A stretch of 63,814 nt of DNA, counting the filler, from Octopus bimaculoides (lineage: Eukaryota), in the NCBI RefSeq assembly GCF_001194135.2. It is 6 parts of 6 records of this genome, joined end to end, with 100 filler letters (N's around TTAATTAATTAA, not from the genome) between each part and the next. Parts side by side here need not be neighbours in the genome. Positions count along the whole stretch, not along the records: positions 1 to 14,264 come from NC_068992.1; positions 14,365 to 37,187 come from NC_069001.1; 4 more parts are not named here. One strand, written 5' to 3'. Position numbers and translations under genes: made by a program. Position 1 is the stretch's first letter; each line of letters begins with the position of its first letter. Shown in pieces: positions 11,286 to 23,149 of the stretch. Below the pieces are notes generated by a model that saw only the letters and a list, made by a program, of their open reading frames with translations, was not told where the DNA came from and made no database searches.

Positions 11286-11324
11286 GATGACGTTATATAT
11301 AGCTGATACATTATATATAGCCAT

Positions 11325-11530
11325 AAGGCAGGGAAAGCTGGCAGAAATGGCAGCATGACGGGCAAAATGCTTAGTGGTATTTCATTTGTCTTTATGTTCT
11401 GAGTTCAAATTCTGCTGAGGTCAACTTTGATTTCATCTTTTCAGTGTTGATAAATTAAGTACCAGTTGCGTACTTAATCAACTGGGGCCCCTCCCCAAAA
11501 ATTTCAGACCTTGTGCCTAGAGTAGAAAAG
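11325..11530 (+). mobile_element. SINE family A, CpG-decayed
   Basis: aagctggcagaaat...gagttcaaattctgctgaggtcaactttg...aagtaccagttgcgtact...ccttgtgcctagagtagaaaag. Confidence 0.88.
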
Positions 11531-11559
11531 GTTTATATATAGCCATATGTATACAGGTT

Positions 11560-12010
11560 TGGTAGAACATTGTGGCTGATGCTGATGTCACGTAACTGGC
11601 ACCTGTGCCAGTGACACATAAAAAGCACCTTTCAAGTGTTGGGCTCATGGAGGGAAAGTGGTGATGCTGGTGGCATGTGAAAAGCTCCTTTTGAGTGTTG
11701 AGCTTCACGGAGGCAATGACCGACACCTTTGGCATTATGTCGTACTTGAGAAGAAGACCCATCAAGCTGAGCAAAATCACAGTCGTGACAGATACCGGTG
11801 TCACACAAATGGCACCCATGTTGGTGACATGTAAAAGCACCCATTACACTCTTAGAGTGGTTAGCATTAGGAAGAGCATCCAGTTGTAGAAACCATGCCA
11901 AATCAGACTGGAGTCTGATGCAGCCTTTCAGCTTGCCAACCCTCATCAAACCATTCTAGCATGGACAACAGGCGCTAAATGACAATGATGATGATGATGA
12001 TGATGATGAT
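11560..12010 (+). mobile_element. RTE LINE 3' UTR-derived fragment with (GAT)n tail
   Basis: gaagacccatcaagct..aaaagcacccattacactc..gcattaggaagagcatccag..aaatcagactggag..gatgatgat; homologous to 6150-6500. Confidence 0.85.
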
Positions 12011-12128
12011 ATATATACATCTATTTGTTTCTTTCATTGTTCGCAAAAAAAGTTTGTTTTCCATGTTGTTGTAATTCATGTTACCATTTTTCATATTGTT
12101 TACATTTTTTTGACATCCTGTACCCAGG

Positions 12129-12141
12129 ATTATTATTATTA

Positions 12142-12194
<53 letters not shown>

Positions 12195-12198
12195 GTTA

Positions 12199-12259
<61 letters not shown>
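12129..12259. repeat. Long (ATT)n microsatellite
   Basis: Directly visible. It is followed by caggtcactgcctggaattgaactc, a B-box-like motif on the minus strand. Confidence 0.95.
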
Positions 12260-12264
<5 letters not shown>

Positions 12265-12404
12265 TCACTGCCTGGAATTGAACTCATCAAATGTAAATAT
12301 CCATCAAATGTAAATAATGTAAATAATATACATAATTTCTCGTCTCTCAAATACAATTACTTAATTTGATGACTGTGGGGGTGGATTTGATTAGATATTC
12401 TATG

Positions 12405-12600
12405 ATCTTTTACTTGTTTCCTGCATTAAACTGTGGTCAGGCTGGGGCACCATCTTGAAGGGTTTAATCAAATGAATTGAACCCTGCATTTTTTGCTTTT
12501 AAAGTCAGGTAATTTGCTGAACTGCTAGGTTACAGGGACATAAATAAAATCAATATAGGTTGTCAATAGGTAATGAGGGACAAATACAAACACAAAGGCA
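12405..12600 (-). mobile_element. SINE family B 3' module, heavily decayed
   Basis: ttttacttgtttcc...ggggcaccatcttgaaggg...tttgctgaactgctaggttacagggacataaa. Confidence 0.65.
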
Positions 12601-12656
12601 GGCAAACACACAACTGCACACAAACACATACATGCACACACACACACACGCACACA

Positions 12657-14264
12657 CATCATCATCATCATCATCGTCGTTTAACGTCCGCTTTCCATGC
12701 TAGCATGGGTTGGACGATTTGACTGAGGACTGGTGAAACCAGATGGCTACACCAGGCTCCAATCTGATTTGGCAGATTTTCTACGGCTGGATGCCCTTCC
12801 TAACACCAACCACTCAGAGAGTGNNNNNNNNNNNNNNNNNNNNNNNNNNNNNNNNNNNNNNNNNNNNNNNNNNNNNNNNNNNNNNNNNNNNNNNNNNNNN
12901 NNNNNNNNNNNNNNNNNNNNNNNNNNNNNNNNNNNNNNNNNNNNNNNNNNNNNNNNNNNNNNNNNNNNNNNNNNNNNNNNNNNNNNNNNNNNNNNNNNNN
13001 NNNNNNNNNNNNNNNNNNNNNNNNNNNNNNNNNNNNNNNNNNNNNNNNNNNNNNNNNNNNNNNNNNNNNNNNNNNNNNNNNNNNNNNNNNNNNNNNNNNN
13101 NNNNNNNNNNNNNNNNNNNNNNNNNNNNNNNNNNNNNNNNNNNNNNNNNNNNNNNNNNNNNNNNNNNNNNNNNNNNNNNNNNNNNNNNNNNNNNNNNNNN
13201 NNNNNNNNNNNNNNNNNNNNNNNNNNNNNNNNNNNNNNNNNNNNNNNNNNNNNNNNNNNNNNNNNNNNNNNNNNNNNNNNNNNNNNNNNNNNNNNNNNNN
13301 NNNNNNNNNNNNNNNNNNNNNNNNNNNNNNNNNNNNNNNNNNNNNNNNNNNNNNNNNNNNNNNNNNNNNNNNNNNNNNNNNNNNNNNNNNNNNNNNNNNN
13401 NNNNNNNNNNNNNNNNNNNNNNNNNNNNNNNNNNNNNNNNNNNNNNNNNNNNNNNNNNNNNNNNNNNNNNNNNNNNNNNNNNNNNNNNNNNNNNNNNNNN
13501 NNNNNNNNNNNNNNNNNNNNNNNNNNNNNNNNNNNNNNNNNNNNNNNNNNNNNNNNNNNNNNNNNNNNNNNNNNNNNNNNNNNNNNNNNNNNGTCTTCTC
13601 ATGCACAGCATATTTCCAAAGGTCTTGGTCAGAAGTCATCGCCTCGGTGAGGTCCAAAGTTCGAAGGTTGTGCCTCACCACCTCATCCCAGGTCTTCCTG
13701 GGCCTACCTCTTCCACAGGTTCCCTCAACTGCTAGGGTGTGGCACTTTTTCACACAGCTATCCTCATCCATTCTCGCTACATGACCATACCAGCGCAGTC
13801 GTCTCTCTTGCACACCACAACTGATGCTTTGTAAGTTCAACTTTTCTCTCAAGGTACTAATACTCTGTTTAGTATGCACACTGACATTACACATCCATCA
13901 GAGTATACTGGCTTGATTCCTTGCGAGCCTACTCATGTCCTCAGCAGTCACAGCCCATGTTTCACTGCCATGAAGCATGGCTGTTCATACACATACGTTA
14001 TACAGTCTGCCTTTTACTCTGAGTGAGAGGCCCCTTGTCACCAGCAGAGGTAAGAGCTCTCTGAACTTTGCCCAGGCTATTCTTATTCTAGCAGCTACAC
14101 TTTCAGCGCACCCTCCCTCACTACTAACTTGTTTACCTAGATAGCGGAAGCTATCAACTACGTCTAGTTTTTCTCCCTGGAATGTGGTAGAAGTTGTTTT
14201 CTGTACATTTACAGTGTTTATAGCTCCTGAACATCTGCTACATACAAAAACTAACTTCCTAGTT
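12657..14264 (-). mobile_element. RTE LINE 3' portion (RT C-terminus, gap, 3' UTR, (GAT)n tail)
   Basis: DSFRYLG..ARIRIAWAKFRELLPLL..MLHGSETW..QERRLRWYGHVARMDEDSCVKKC; the 3' end is the same as at 6440-6500. Confidence 0.93.
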
Positions 14265-14364
14265 NNNNNNNNNNNNNNNNNNNNNNNNNNNNNNNNNNNN
14301 NNNNNNNNTTAATTAATTAANNNNNNNNNNNNNNNNNNNNNNNNNNNNNNNNNNNNNNNNNNNN
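14265..14364. other. Artificial scaffold-join spacer 44N-TTAATTAATTAA-44N
   Basis: An identical 100-bp structure occurs five times; the 12-mer is palindromic and has stops in all six frames. Confidence 0.95.
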
Positions 14365-14425
<61 letters not shown>

Positions 14426-14518
14426 CTATATATGTCTATATATATATATATATGTGTGTGTCTATATATATGTCTATATATATATGTGTGTGTCTATATA
14501 TATGTCTATATATATATA

Positions 14519-14565
<47 letters not shown>

Positions 14566-14648
14566 NNNNNNNNNNNNNNNNNNNNNNNNNNNNNNNNNNN
14601 NNNNAGAGAGAGAGAGAGAGAGAGAAACAGAGAGAGAGAGAGAGAGAG

Positions 14649-14685
<37 letters not shown>

Positions 14686-14715
14686 GAGATAGAGATAGAA
14701 ACAGAGAGAGAGAGG
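14365..14715. repeat. Compound (TA)n/(TG)n/(GA)n microsatellite-minisatellite
   Basis: Directly visible. Confidence 0.95.
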
Positions 14716-15343
14716 GAGACATACGTGCCTATCGGTCTTGCAAAATGATGAAGTGATATACATTTGTTGTGTATTTTCGAAAGGAAATTCGTCGAATTGC
14801 TTGTTCCTGTGAGCATTTCGTACAATTCCCAAAACATAGTCGCAAAAGCAGATGCAGTGATCGACAGAGTCATATGTTGCGAAACTATAATTAGCGTAAA
14901 TATTGCTTCAGGAAATGCGATATTTCATCTATGACTGAATCGGTGAAGGGGCTTCGGAGAGGTAAGCAGAAACTAAGAAAATGTTACACCGTTTGCAATA
15001 CGGCTCCTCAAGCTCTATTGAATGAAGAACCTCTATACCGCGTCAGCTGCGTGTCTCACTCTTTCACTTTGATTATAGAAAATGCACAAATGCACCATGT
15101 GGGATACTAGTTTCTCAAATGTATGTATAGGACATTTAAATTAATTATTAATCCTTTATAGACAAATACTGGTATTTCTACATAATCAATGCAGCGACTC
15201 CATCTAAGAATATCTGAAGAAGGAACTGTATTCCGAAATATTATCGGACTATGGATGACTAAATTACAACAGGTATATAGTCCATATTTTGTATTATAGA
15301 GCATTAGTGCCATTGTTGTACCATTCAAAACTTTCTATTCTAT

Positions 15344-15470
<127 letters not shown>

Positions 15471-16417
15471 AAGCGAACACATATGAACCATTCCACTTCC
15501 ATTGCATGCGCACACATACTCAAACACACACATTCACTCACATGCCCTCCCTTTTACACACAGATATATTCACACAGAGTTGAAACGCTCACCCCTTCCT
15601 TCCTTATTCATCTATCACCCCTTCGTTTCTTATTCATAAGCACAAAGGTATTATTATAGTAGATTATCTCGGTAACTATTGGAGCTATGAAAAAATACGA
15701 AGCCCAGGATCGTCACCCGATCACTCTACAAATCTGTGTAAAATTTCTAACTTTATGTTGAATTATATGAACAGCTATATAATTAACCTCATGTAAATAT
15801 ATATATATATATATATATANNNNNNNNNNNNNNNNNNNNNNNNNNNNNNNNNNNNNNNNNNNNNNNNNNNNNNNNNNNNNNNNNNNNNNNNNNNNNNNNN
15901 NNNNNNNNNNNNNNNNNNNNNNNNNNNNNNNNNNNNNNNNNNNNNNNNNNNNNNNNNNNNNNNNNNNNNNNNNNNNNNNNNNNNNNNNNNNNNNNNNNNN
16001 NNNNNNNNNNNNNNNNNNNNNNNNNNNNNNNNNNNNNNNNNNNNNNNNNNNNNNNNNNNNNNNNNNNNNNNNNNNNNNNNNNNNNNNNNNNNNNNNNNNN
16101 NNNNNNNNNNNNNNNNNNNNNNNNNNNNNNNNNNNNNNNNNNNNNNNNNNNNNNNNNNNNNNNNNNNNNNNNNNNNNNNNNNNNNNNNNNNNNNNNNNNN
16201 NNNNNNNNNNNNNNNNTTTAAATGCGAACAAGGAATAACAATTTCGTTTCTGGATTTAAAAAGATTCCCCGAGTCAAGTGACTCTTTAAAGGATGCTTGC
16301 TCGTTCTGCTATATAAAGCTTGCATCGTCGCTTTCGTTTATACAGGACTCCGGTTTGTCTATGAGCCTTCATTTAATTTCGTATGGAGTTTGTCGATCCT
16401 TAAGGCGTATGTATGTA

Positions 16418-16463
<46 letters not shown>

Positions 16464-19019
16464 TATTTGACTCATGGGATTAGGCTATGGATGACTCGTC
16501 CTTCTTTTCCTTACATGGACAGTATGGTAACGAAGCTATTCCAAAATATCTTTTGCGGTGTCTTCAGTTTTCATGTTACTTCACTCCTCTGAACAGACCC
16601 TTAAGTTTTATTCAGACGGCCCTGTGAATTTTTTATGTTGGCCAGTTAAATCCATTAATTGTTAACTTTACAGAAACATGCAAATTTATATTATATAATT
16701 TGCCATAACAAAGAATAGATAAAATCATGGAGCAATATTTTGTGCTCAGTGTTAGGGCTATTGTTAAGATTTGGGGTTGTTATTAAGGTATAAGGTTTAG
16801 GGCGAGATTGAAGTTTTGTACTAGAGGTAAGGTTTACTTCTTAGGACTAGTGAAAAAATTCATTGTCACCGTTTGCAATCCATCTCAAAATTTTACTTTC
16901 AAATTTAAATTTAATTATACTAACGTTATTCATTCTTCAAAATCAAACAAGTTCTTGCGACTATCATAGTTCTGATTTGTAAATATATCGGTAAGTCTTT
17001 CTGTTTGTGAACATATTTGTACATTGTAGACAGGATTAAACTGAATCCACAGGGCCATAGCGTCGTTTGTCAAATTGCTCGCCATCGTTTCTCTGTGGAA
17101 ACCAAAAATATATTTACACAGTTTTTTTTAGTTTGTAATCTAACTTATGAATTTATTATATTTATCTCATTGTCTGTCTATATGCGTATACCTATATTTG
17201 TGTTTCTGTGCCCGTATGCGTGTGTTGAAACGTGTGCATAGTTAAAAATTTCACCATCATTTTTGCGTTACATTGTGAGGATTCCTTTAGTTTATTCACC
17301 AAGTGTTCCTCGAAATTTACTGAAAATTTCGTCATACGATATCTCGATTCGTTTTGTTTTAAGAATAATTTATCACTTTCTTCTTTTCATCATTATTTAT
17401 CATTTAATAAAATAACTATTATTGCTGTCGTATGATTTTTCAATTTTTTGATATCTTTTATTTTACTTTAATTATTCAATCTAAAATTTATTACTTGTGA
17501 CATCATTTCTTGTTGCCATTAAATAACATTTTTTTTTCTTTTATTTTACTCATTTATGATCAAAGTGAAATAAGAAATAAAAATTACTGCAAATAAAATG
17601 TACAATGATAAACAGAAAATGAACTAACATTCAACATTGCAAAAAAATGCAATTTAATTTTCGATCATTCACTGGAACCATAAATCATTATTAAATTGTA
17701 CGATATTTATAACGTCTTGCCCAAGGCCGTTCATGTTAATTTTCGCCAGCATTATTCATCCATCTGAAACTATTCTAATGAAATATCTATTATTAATTCG
17801 TGATTTCTTGTGTATAATGCAACCCATGTATTTAACTCAAATATCATGCAAGTTTTCATCACCTTCTTCATTGACATCATCCCCAACGTACCATCTTCGC
17901 TGTCATCATCGCCATTTTGGACATCGTCGTCATCATTATCATCATCATCGAGGAACTTTCCTTCATCCTACTCCTTCTCATTCGTCTTCTTCTCCCCCAC
18001 CTTGCCTTCCTCATCATCAGCATCACACTCACCATCATCTTTATTAACATCATCTTCAACATCATGATTAATATTTTCATTATATCATTATCGTACTCAT
18101 CATAATCATCATCAGCAACAAGTTTTCTGTTCTATGAAGTTTCAGGATTCACACAGGACCACTTGGAATTTCGCTTTCTTCTGTATTTATTTTATATAAA
18201 AAAAAATCTCGCAATTTTTCATTCTCCACGACATTAAGCGGATTTGAACAGAAATGGTTTGATTTCTTTTTAGGCTTCTTGTGAGTATACCTGGAAACAT
18301 CGCCTGTGCAGTGTTTATTAGTCTTATACGTCCAAATCTGTGGTAGCATAAGGAGATAATGTACATATTTGTGTTTGTAGGAAGAAAAACAATGTACTTT
18401 GGGAGTGACAATAACGATGCCCTATAAAAAATAAGATTTCGAAACGACAAGAATAAATTATTATATAACGCATAGAAAATACATTGCCAACTACACGAAA
18501 TGTAAGTTATAATCACAGGTAGTAACAGTTTACCCTTGGAGTGATTATTTCCTTTTGGTAGGTCGCTAATGGTCGGGGTGCGATCCCTAAAAGGCTAATG
18601 GCACTTTGCCTCCCTACTCTATATTTCTCATTGCATTGTATTTTTTCCATATTTTACTCCAGTTTTTCATTTTATCATACAAATGATGATGACAGCTACG
18701 ACGGTGATGAGGATAATTATCATCAACTTCACTTTAATTGTTATCAATATCGTTATTGCCACCCGCATTGTCATTAACCTCCACTACTCCATCCTCTTCG
18801 TCCGAATTTCAGGTCTTTTATTTCACTTTTATATTATTTGTTCAAAAAGGGTGAATCAATTATTTCAATATACTAATTTTAAGAGTTCTTCTATATATGA
18901 CATCATTAAACGGAGCTCCGTTCAAATTTCTTTGCAACAGTGAATGTAATTTTCTTTTCTTTTTTAATATGAACAACTAGAAATTACATAAACAAATACG
19001 TGAGTACTTTATCTTGTCT

Positions 19020-19230
19020 ATGTCGGCGACATAGCAGAATCGTTGGCGCATCGGGAAAAATAACGGCATTTTGTCCATCTTCACGTTTCGATTTCAAGTT
19101 CCGTCGAGGTCAACATTGCCTTTCATCCTCACAGAGTTTATAACATAAGTACCATTCTAACACTGGAGTCGATCTGATCGAGTGACCACCTCCCTCAAAA
19201 CTGCTGGTATTGTCCTAAATATTGAGACCA
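19020..19230 (+). mobile_element. SINE family A, old but CpG-retaining
   Basis: ggcgacatagcagaatcgttggcgc...ttccgtcgaggtcaacattgcctttcatcc...aagtacca...ggagtcgatctgatcga. Confidence 0.8.
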
Positions 19231-19435
19231 ATATTTTACCTAATCTCATATTTAATTGAAACGAACAAGATTTAGCTTATTCTTACGGAGGCTCTGATAA
19301 ATCTATAAGGTGTTCCACTGGCACTCATAAATGAAATTCATAAGACAATCGTCTATAATGTGTAATGCCGTTTTCTCATTAGCTGAACTGAACTCGATAT
19401 TAATTTAACGAATTCAAACGTACAAATCTGGAAAA

Positions 19436-19479
<44 letters not shown>

Positions 19480-19789
19480 GACATTAATCCGTTTAATCCC
19501 ATCATAATCTAATCTCGATACCATCCAATTTTCTTCCCGCATTTTAATTATCAAGCACACTCGTTCCCTATTATAGATTACCAAGATTTTATAGATTTTT
19601 CAACGACAAGAATTATAGAGTATCAAATTTATTATCATGCATCTCACGTGCTTTCTGTTGAAGCCAACAAACTACACCTGCTTAGTTACTTTGCTCATAG
19701 CATCAAAATAATGGCTTGAAATGTTGTCGCCATTTCATATCTCTAATTTCACGCATGTACATTGATCATTTTTAAATTTTGGGAACTAA

Positions 19790-19990
19790 AAGTATAGTAG
19801 TCTCAGTTGGGCACTGCCTGTGAGAAAAACAGCACCACGACGCAATTCTCTCCACCAGAAATTTGGAAACGACATGCTGTACTGCTTTGGCATTAACACC
19901 GGAGGTTCCAATACGAATATTTTAGAGTGTTTCGGTTTCAGTCTCAGGACATATACCGAGAGTGATAAAAATCAAACGTCCAGTCAACAT
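19790..19990 (+). mobile_element. maT/mariner fragment, same family as 4890-5600, internally deleted
   Basis: TQFSPPEIWKRHAVLL..NTGGSNTNILECFG fused to IPRVIKIKRPVNI. The leader gtgagaaaaacagcac matches the reverse complement of 5525-5550. Confidence 0.8.
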
Positions 19991-20235
19991 TCTGACGTCC
20001 TCATGGACAACATTTCTCACTGTTCCTTCTGATACAGGGAGATATATTGCAATTGACTTCATGGACTTTCTGGAATAGTGATCAATGGTCTGTTGAACTT
20101 GTTGGGCAATGTCAGGTGTTCGGATGACTTCAGAGCGTTTAGAATGCCGTTTATGCTTTGATGCTGGTGATACGTTTCCATTTTCAGTCTCTAGCTCCTT
20201 ACAAACTTTGTAGACGCGAGATTATTCTGGGAACT
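19991..20235 (-). mobile_element. maT/mariner transposase N-terminal (HTH) fragment, different subfamily
   Basis: VYKVCKELETENGNVSPASKHKRHSKRSEVIRTP..QQVQQTID..RKSMKSIA..VSEGTVRNVVHEDVR. Confidence 0.8.
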
Positions 20236-20306
20236 AAAGATTATACCGAGTTAGCAAAAACTGCAGCAATCACGCTAAAAAATATATGGCCTCAAATACC
20301 TTACGC

Positions 20307-20337
<31 letters not shown>

Positions 20338-21587
20338 NNNNNNNNNNNNNNNNNNNNNNNNNNNNNNNNNNNNNNNNNNNNNNNNNNNNNNNNNNNNNNN
20401 NNNNNNNNNNNNNNNNNNNNNNNNNNNNNNNNNNNNNNNNNNNNNNNNNNNNNNNNNNNNNNNNNNNNNNNNNNNNNNNNNNNNNNNNNNNNNNNNNNNN
20501 NNNNNNNNNNNNNNNNNNNNNNNNNNNNNNNNNNNNNNNNNNNNNNNNNNNNNNNNNNNNNNNNNNNNNNNNNNNNNNNNNNNNNNNNNNNNNNNNNNNN
20601 NNNNNNNNNNNNNNNNNNNNNNNNNNNNNNNNNNNNNNNNNNNNNNNNNNNNNNNNNNNATATGAAGATCGGGGTAATGTACATCGTATTCCTCACAATT
20701 TACTCTGTCTTTTATGTTGTATCTTGTAGTTGCCAAACTGTTCATTTCTATCATTGTATAACCTAATTCTCAAATATATAATATAATAATAATAATAATA
20801 ATAATGTCAATCCAATCGATGTATAAATTATTTTCAAACTTTGGAATAGATTGAAAGCAAAGAAATATAAACAGAATCTTTTAAACAAACCAATTCGTGA
20901 TTTTATTTTCTTGTTATATTTTTCATTCGTTTCAAACTCACATAATAATTAAATTTTTGTTTTTTTCTCCTCCTCTCTCACTTTCACATTGGTACCAGAT
21001 GCTTATAAATATTTATCGTGATAATTATCTTGGGTTTATACCCAAATTCTGAAATTTCTGTGAAGTAATTTGTTTGATGTTTTGATTGATAAGCTTTAAA
21101 TAATGATATTTTCACTTTTATACCTAAAATGTTCAGGAATTTTCTTTTTATATAAAGCTAGTGATATTATCTTCAAGTAAAAACAAATTCGGCACAAATA
21201 ACGCATTTTCCTTTTTATTCTTTTTCTCTTTATTAACCCTGTGAGAATAAAAATAATCTTCTATAAGAAAATATCATACTGGAATGTGTGCAACAGCATT
21301 TTAGCAGATACTGGAACTGCTGTTCACATAAAACAAAGTGATTTTCACGCATAGTACACGACATTTTGAAAACAAAAGTTGTTCTTTCAAATGATAAAAT
21401 AATCCTGGAAAGAAATCAGAGAGAACTACTTCAATGTGAATATTGCTTATAGTAATTATTTTGGAGAAGACACGTGTCATACTAAATGAAAATATCACTA
21501 CGCAATAACAGCATTATAAAGTAACCGTTGTGATATACATGAAATCATAAGAAGGCTATATCGTTAAAACGGCAACATTGCAAGGAG

Positions 21588-22225
21588 TCTAAGGCAGCGA
21601 GCTGGCAAAAAATTTTGCAGGGCGGGCGAAATGCTTAGCGTAGTTCGACTGTCCCTGTGCTCTGAGCTCAAATTCCGACGAGGTCGAATTTGCCTTTCAT
21701 CATTTCGGGGCCGATAAATTAAGCACCAGTTGAGTACTGAGGTCGATCGAATCAACTGGCCCTGTCCCCCAAAATTTTGTGCCTTGTGCCTAGAGTAGAA
21801 AAGGATATTTCAAGCATTTTAAGGCGGCGACTGGGCAGACAATTTAGCATGCCGGGCGAAATGCTTAGCGGTATTTTGTCTGCTGTGACGTTCTGAGTTC
21901 AAATTCCGCCCAGGTCGACTTTGCCTTTCATCCTTTCGGGGTCGATAAATTAAGTACCAGTTACGCAGTGGGGTCGATATAATCGACTTAATCCCTTTGT
22001 CTGTCCTTGTTTGTCCCCTCTATGTTTAGCCCCTTGTGGGCAATAAAGAAATAGGTATTTCGTCTGTCTTTATGTTCTGAGTTAAAATTTCATCGAGGTC
22101 AACTTTGCCTTCAACGTTTCGAGAACGATAAATTAAATACCAGTTGTGAACTGGATCGACCTAATGGTTTGCCCCCCCCTCCCCCCAAAATTCATGCCTT
22201 GTGCCTTGAGTAGAAAAGAATATCT
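21588..22225 (+). mobile_element. Three tandem SINE family A copies (21588-21810, 21820-22050, 22055-22225 partial)
   Basis: Each has ctgag.t.aaatt.c...aggtc.a.tttgcctt and aag.accagtt; copies 1 and 3 end gccttgtgcct..agtagaaaag. Confidence 0.9.
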
Positions 22226-22364
22226 CAAGTATTTTGCTACCAATCCCCAAATAAATGGCAACCACAAGAAACAGAAACATTTGAGACGGCATCAACTGAT
22301 GAATATTCATATATGACTTCAAACTGAAAATTCGTAATTATTAATCCTTTCCTGAAAATATTAT

Positions 22365-22580
22365 TTTCTACTCTAGGCACGCGGCATGAAATTTTGTTGG
22401 GAGGGGGCTAGTCGATTAGATCGACCCCAGCACGCGACTGGTCCTTAATTTATCGACACCGAAAGGATTAAAGGCAAAGCCGACCTCGGCGGAATTTTAA
22501 CTCAGAATGTAAAGATAGACGAAATACCGCTAGGCATTTCGCCCGGCCTGCTAAAGTTTCTGACAGCCCGTCGCCCCTCT
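22365..22580 (-). mobile_element. SINE family A, inverted relative to the upstream cluster
   Basis: ttttctactctaggcac...tcgaccccag...ttaatttatcgac..cgaaaggattaaaggcaaag.cgacctcggcggaatttt. Confidence 0.9.
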
Positions 22581-22884
22581 CTCCTGAATATATTAACATA
22601 GCAGCTACGTGTGAAAGTAACAATGGGCAAAGAAGCATGTTTATTCGTAGGGGATATTAACGAACGTTTTGTGTTTAAGGTTTGTTGCTCTCCATTACAG
22701 CGTATATATTCTCTTAAATCTTCTGCTTAATTATAAGAAAATCAAAACCGCTGCATCAAACATTTTCTTTTTATGCAAGGGCGTGATATAGAGGAAAAGC
22801 TAGAGATAAAGTTCGTCGCATGGATACTCATTTATAGACTAATGAACAGGATTAACGTAAAATGATTGCTGGGACCCAGAACAC

Positions 22885-22950
22885 AAATCAACGGACAGAG
22901 CGTGATTCGAAACCGTGATCGCGTGATCGGAGGTACAACACTCTGACATA
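22885..22950 (-). mobile_element. tRNA-like SINE head fragment
   Basis: The reverse complement gtcagagtgttgtacctccgatcacgcgatcacggtttcgaatcacg has A/B-box-like spacing but no acceptor-stem closure. Confidence 0.5.
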
Positions 22951-22963
22951 TCCCCTTATGTAC

Positions 22964-23021
<58 letters not shown>

Positions 23022-23104
23022 TTCGGAGACTATTCTCCTCAGTCATTGCATGGTGATCGCCATAAGCTTTGACTTGAATAAATATACCGTTATTTTTATT
23101 TACA

Positions 23105-23149
<45 letters not shown>

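Noticed and set aside
17877-18080. Met/Arg-rich ORF ending MVRWG, superficially reflectin-like
   Set aside because: It is the shifted frame of a GAT/GAA-rich tract and lacks the Tyr-rich MDMSNY/MD(x)5MD reflectin repeat.
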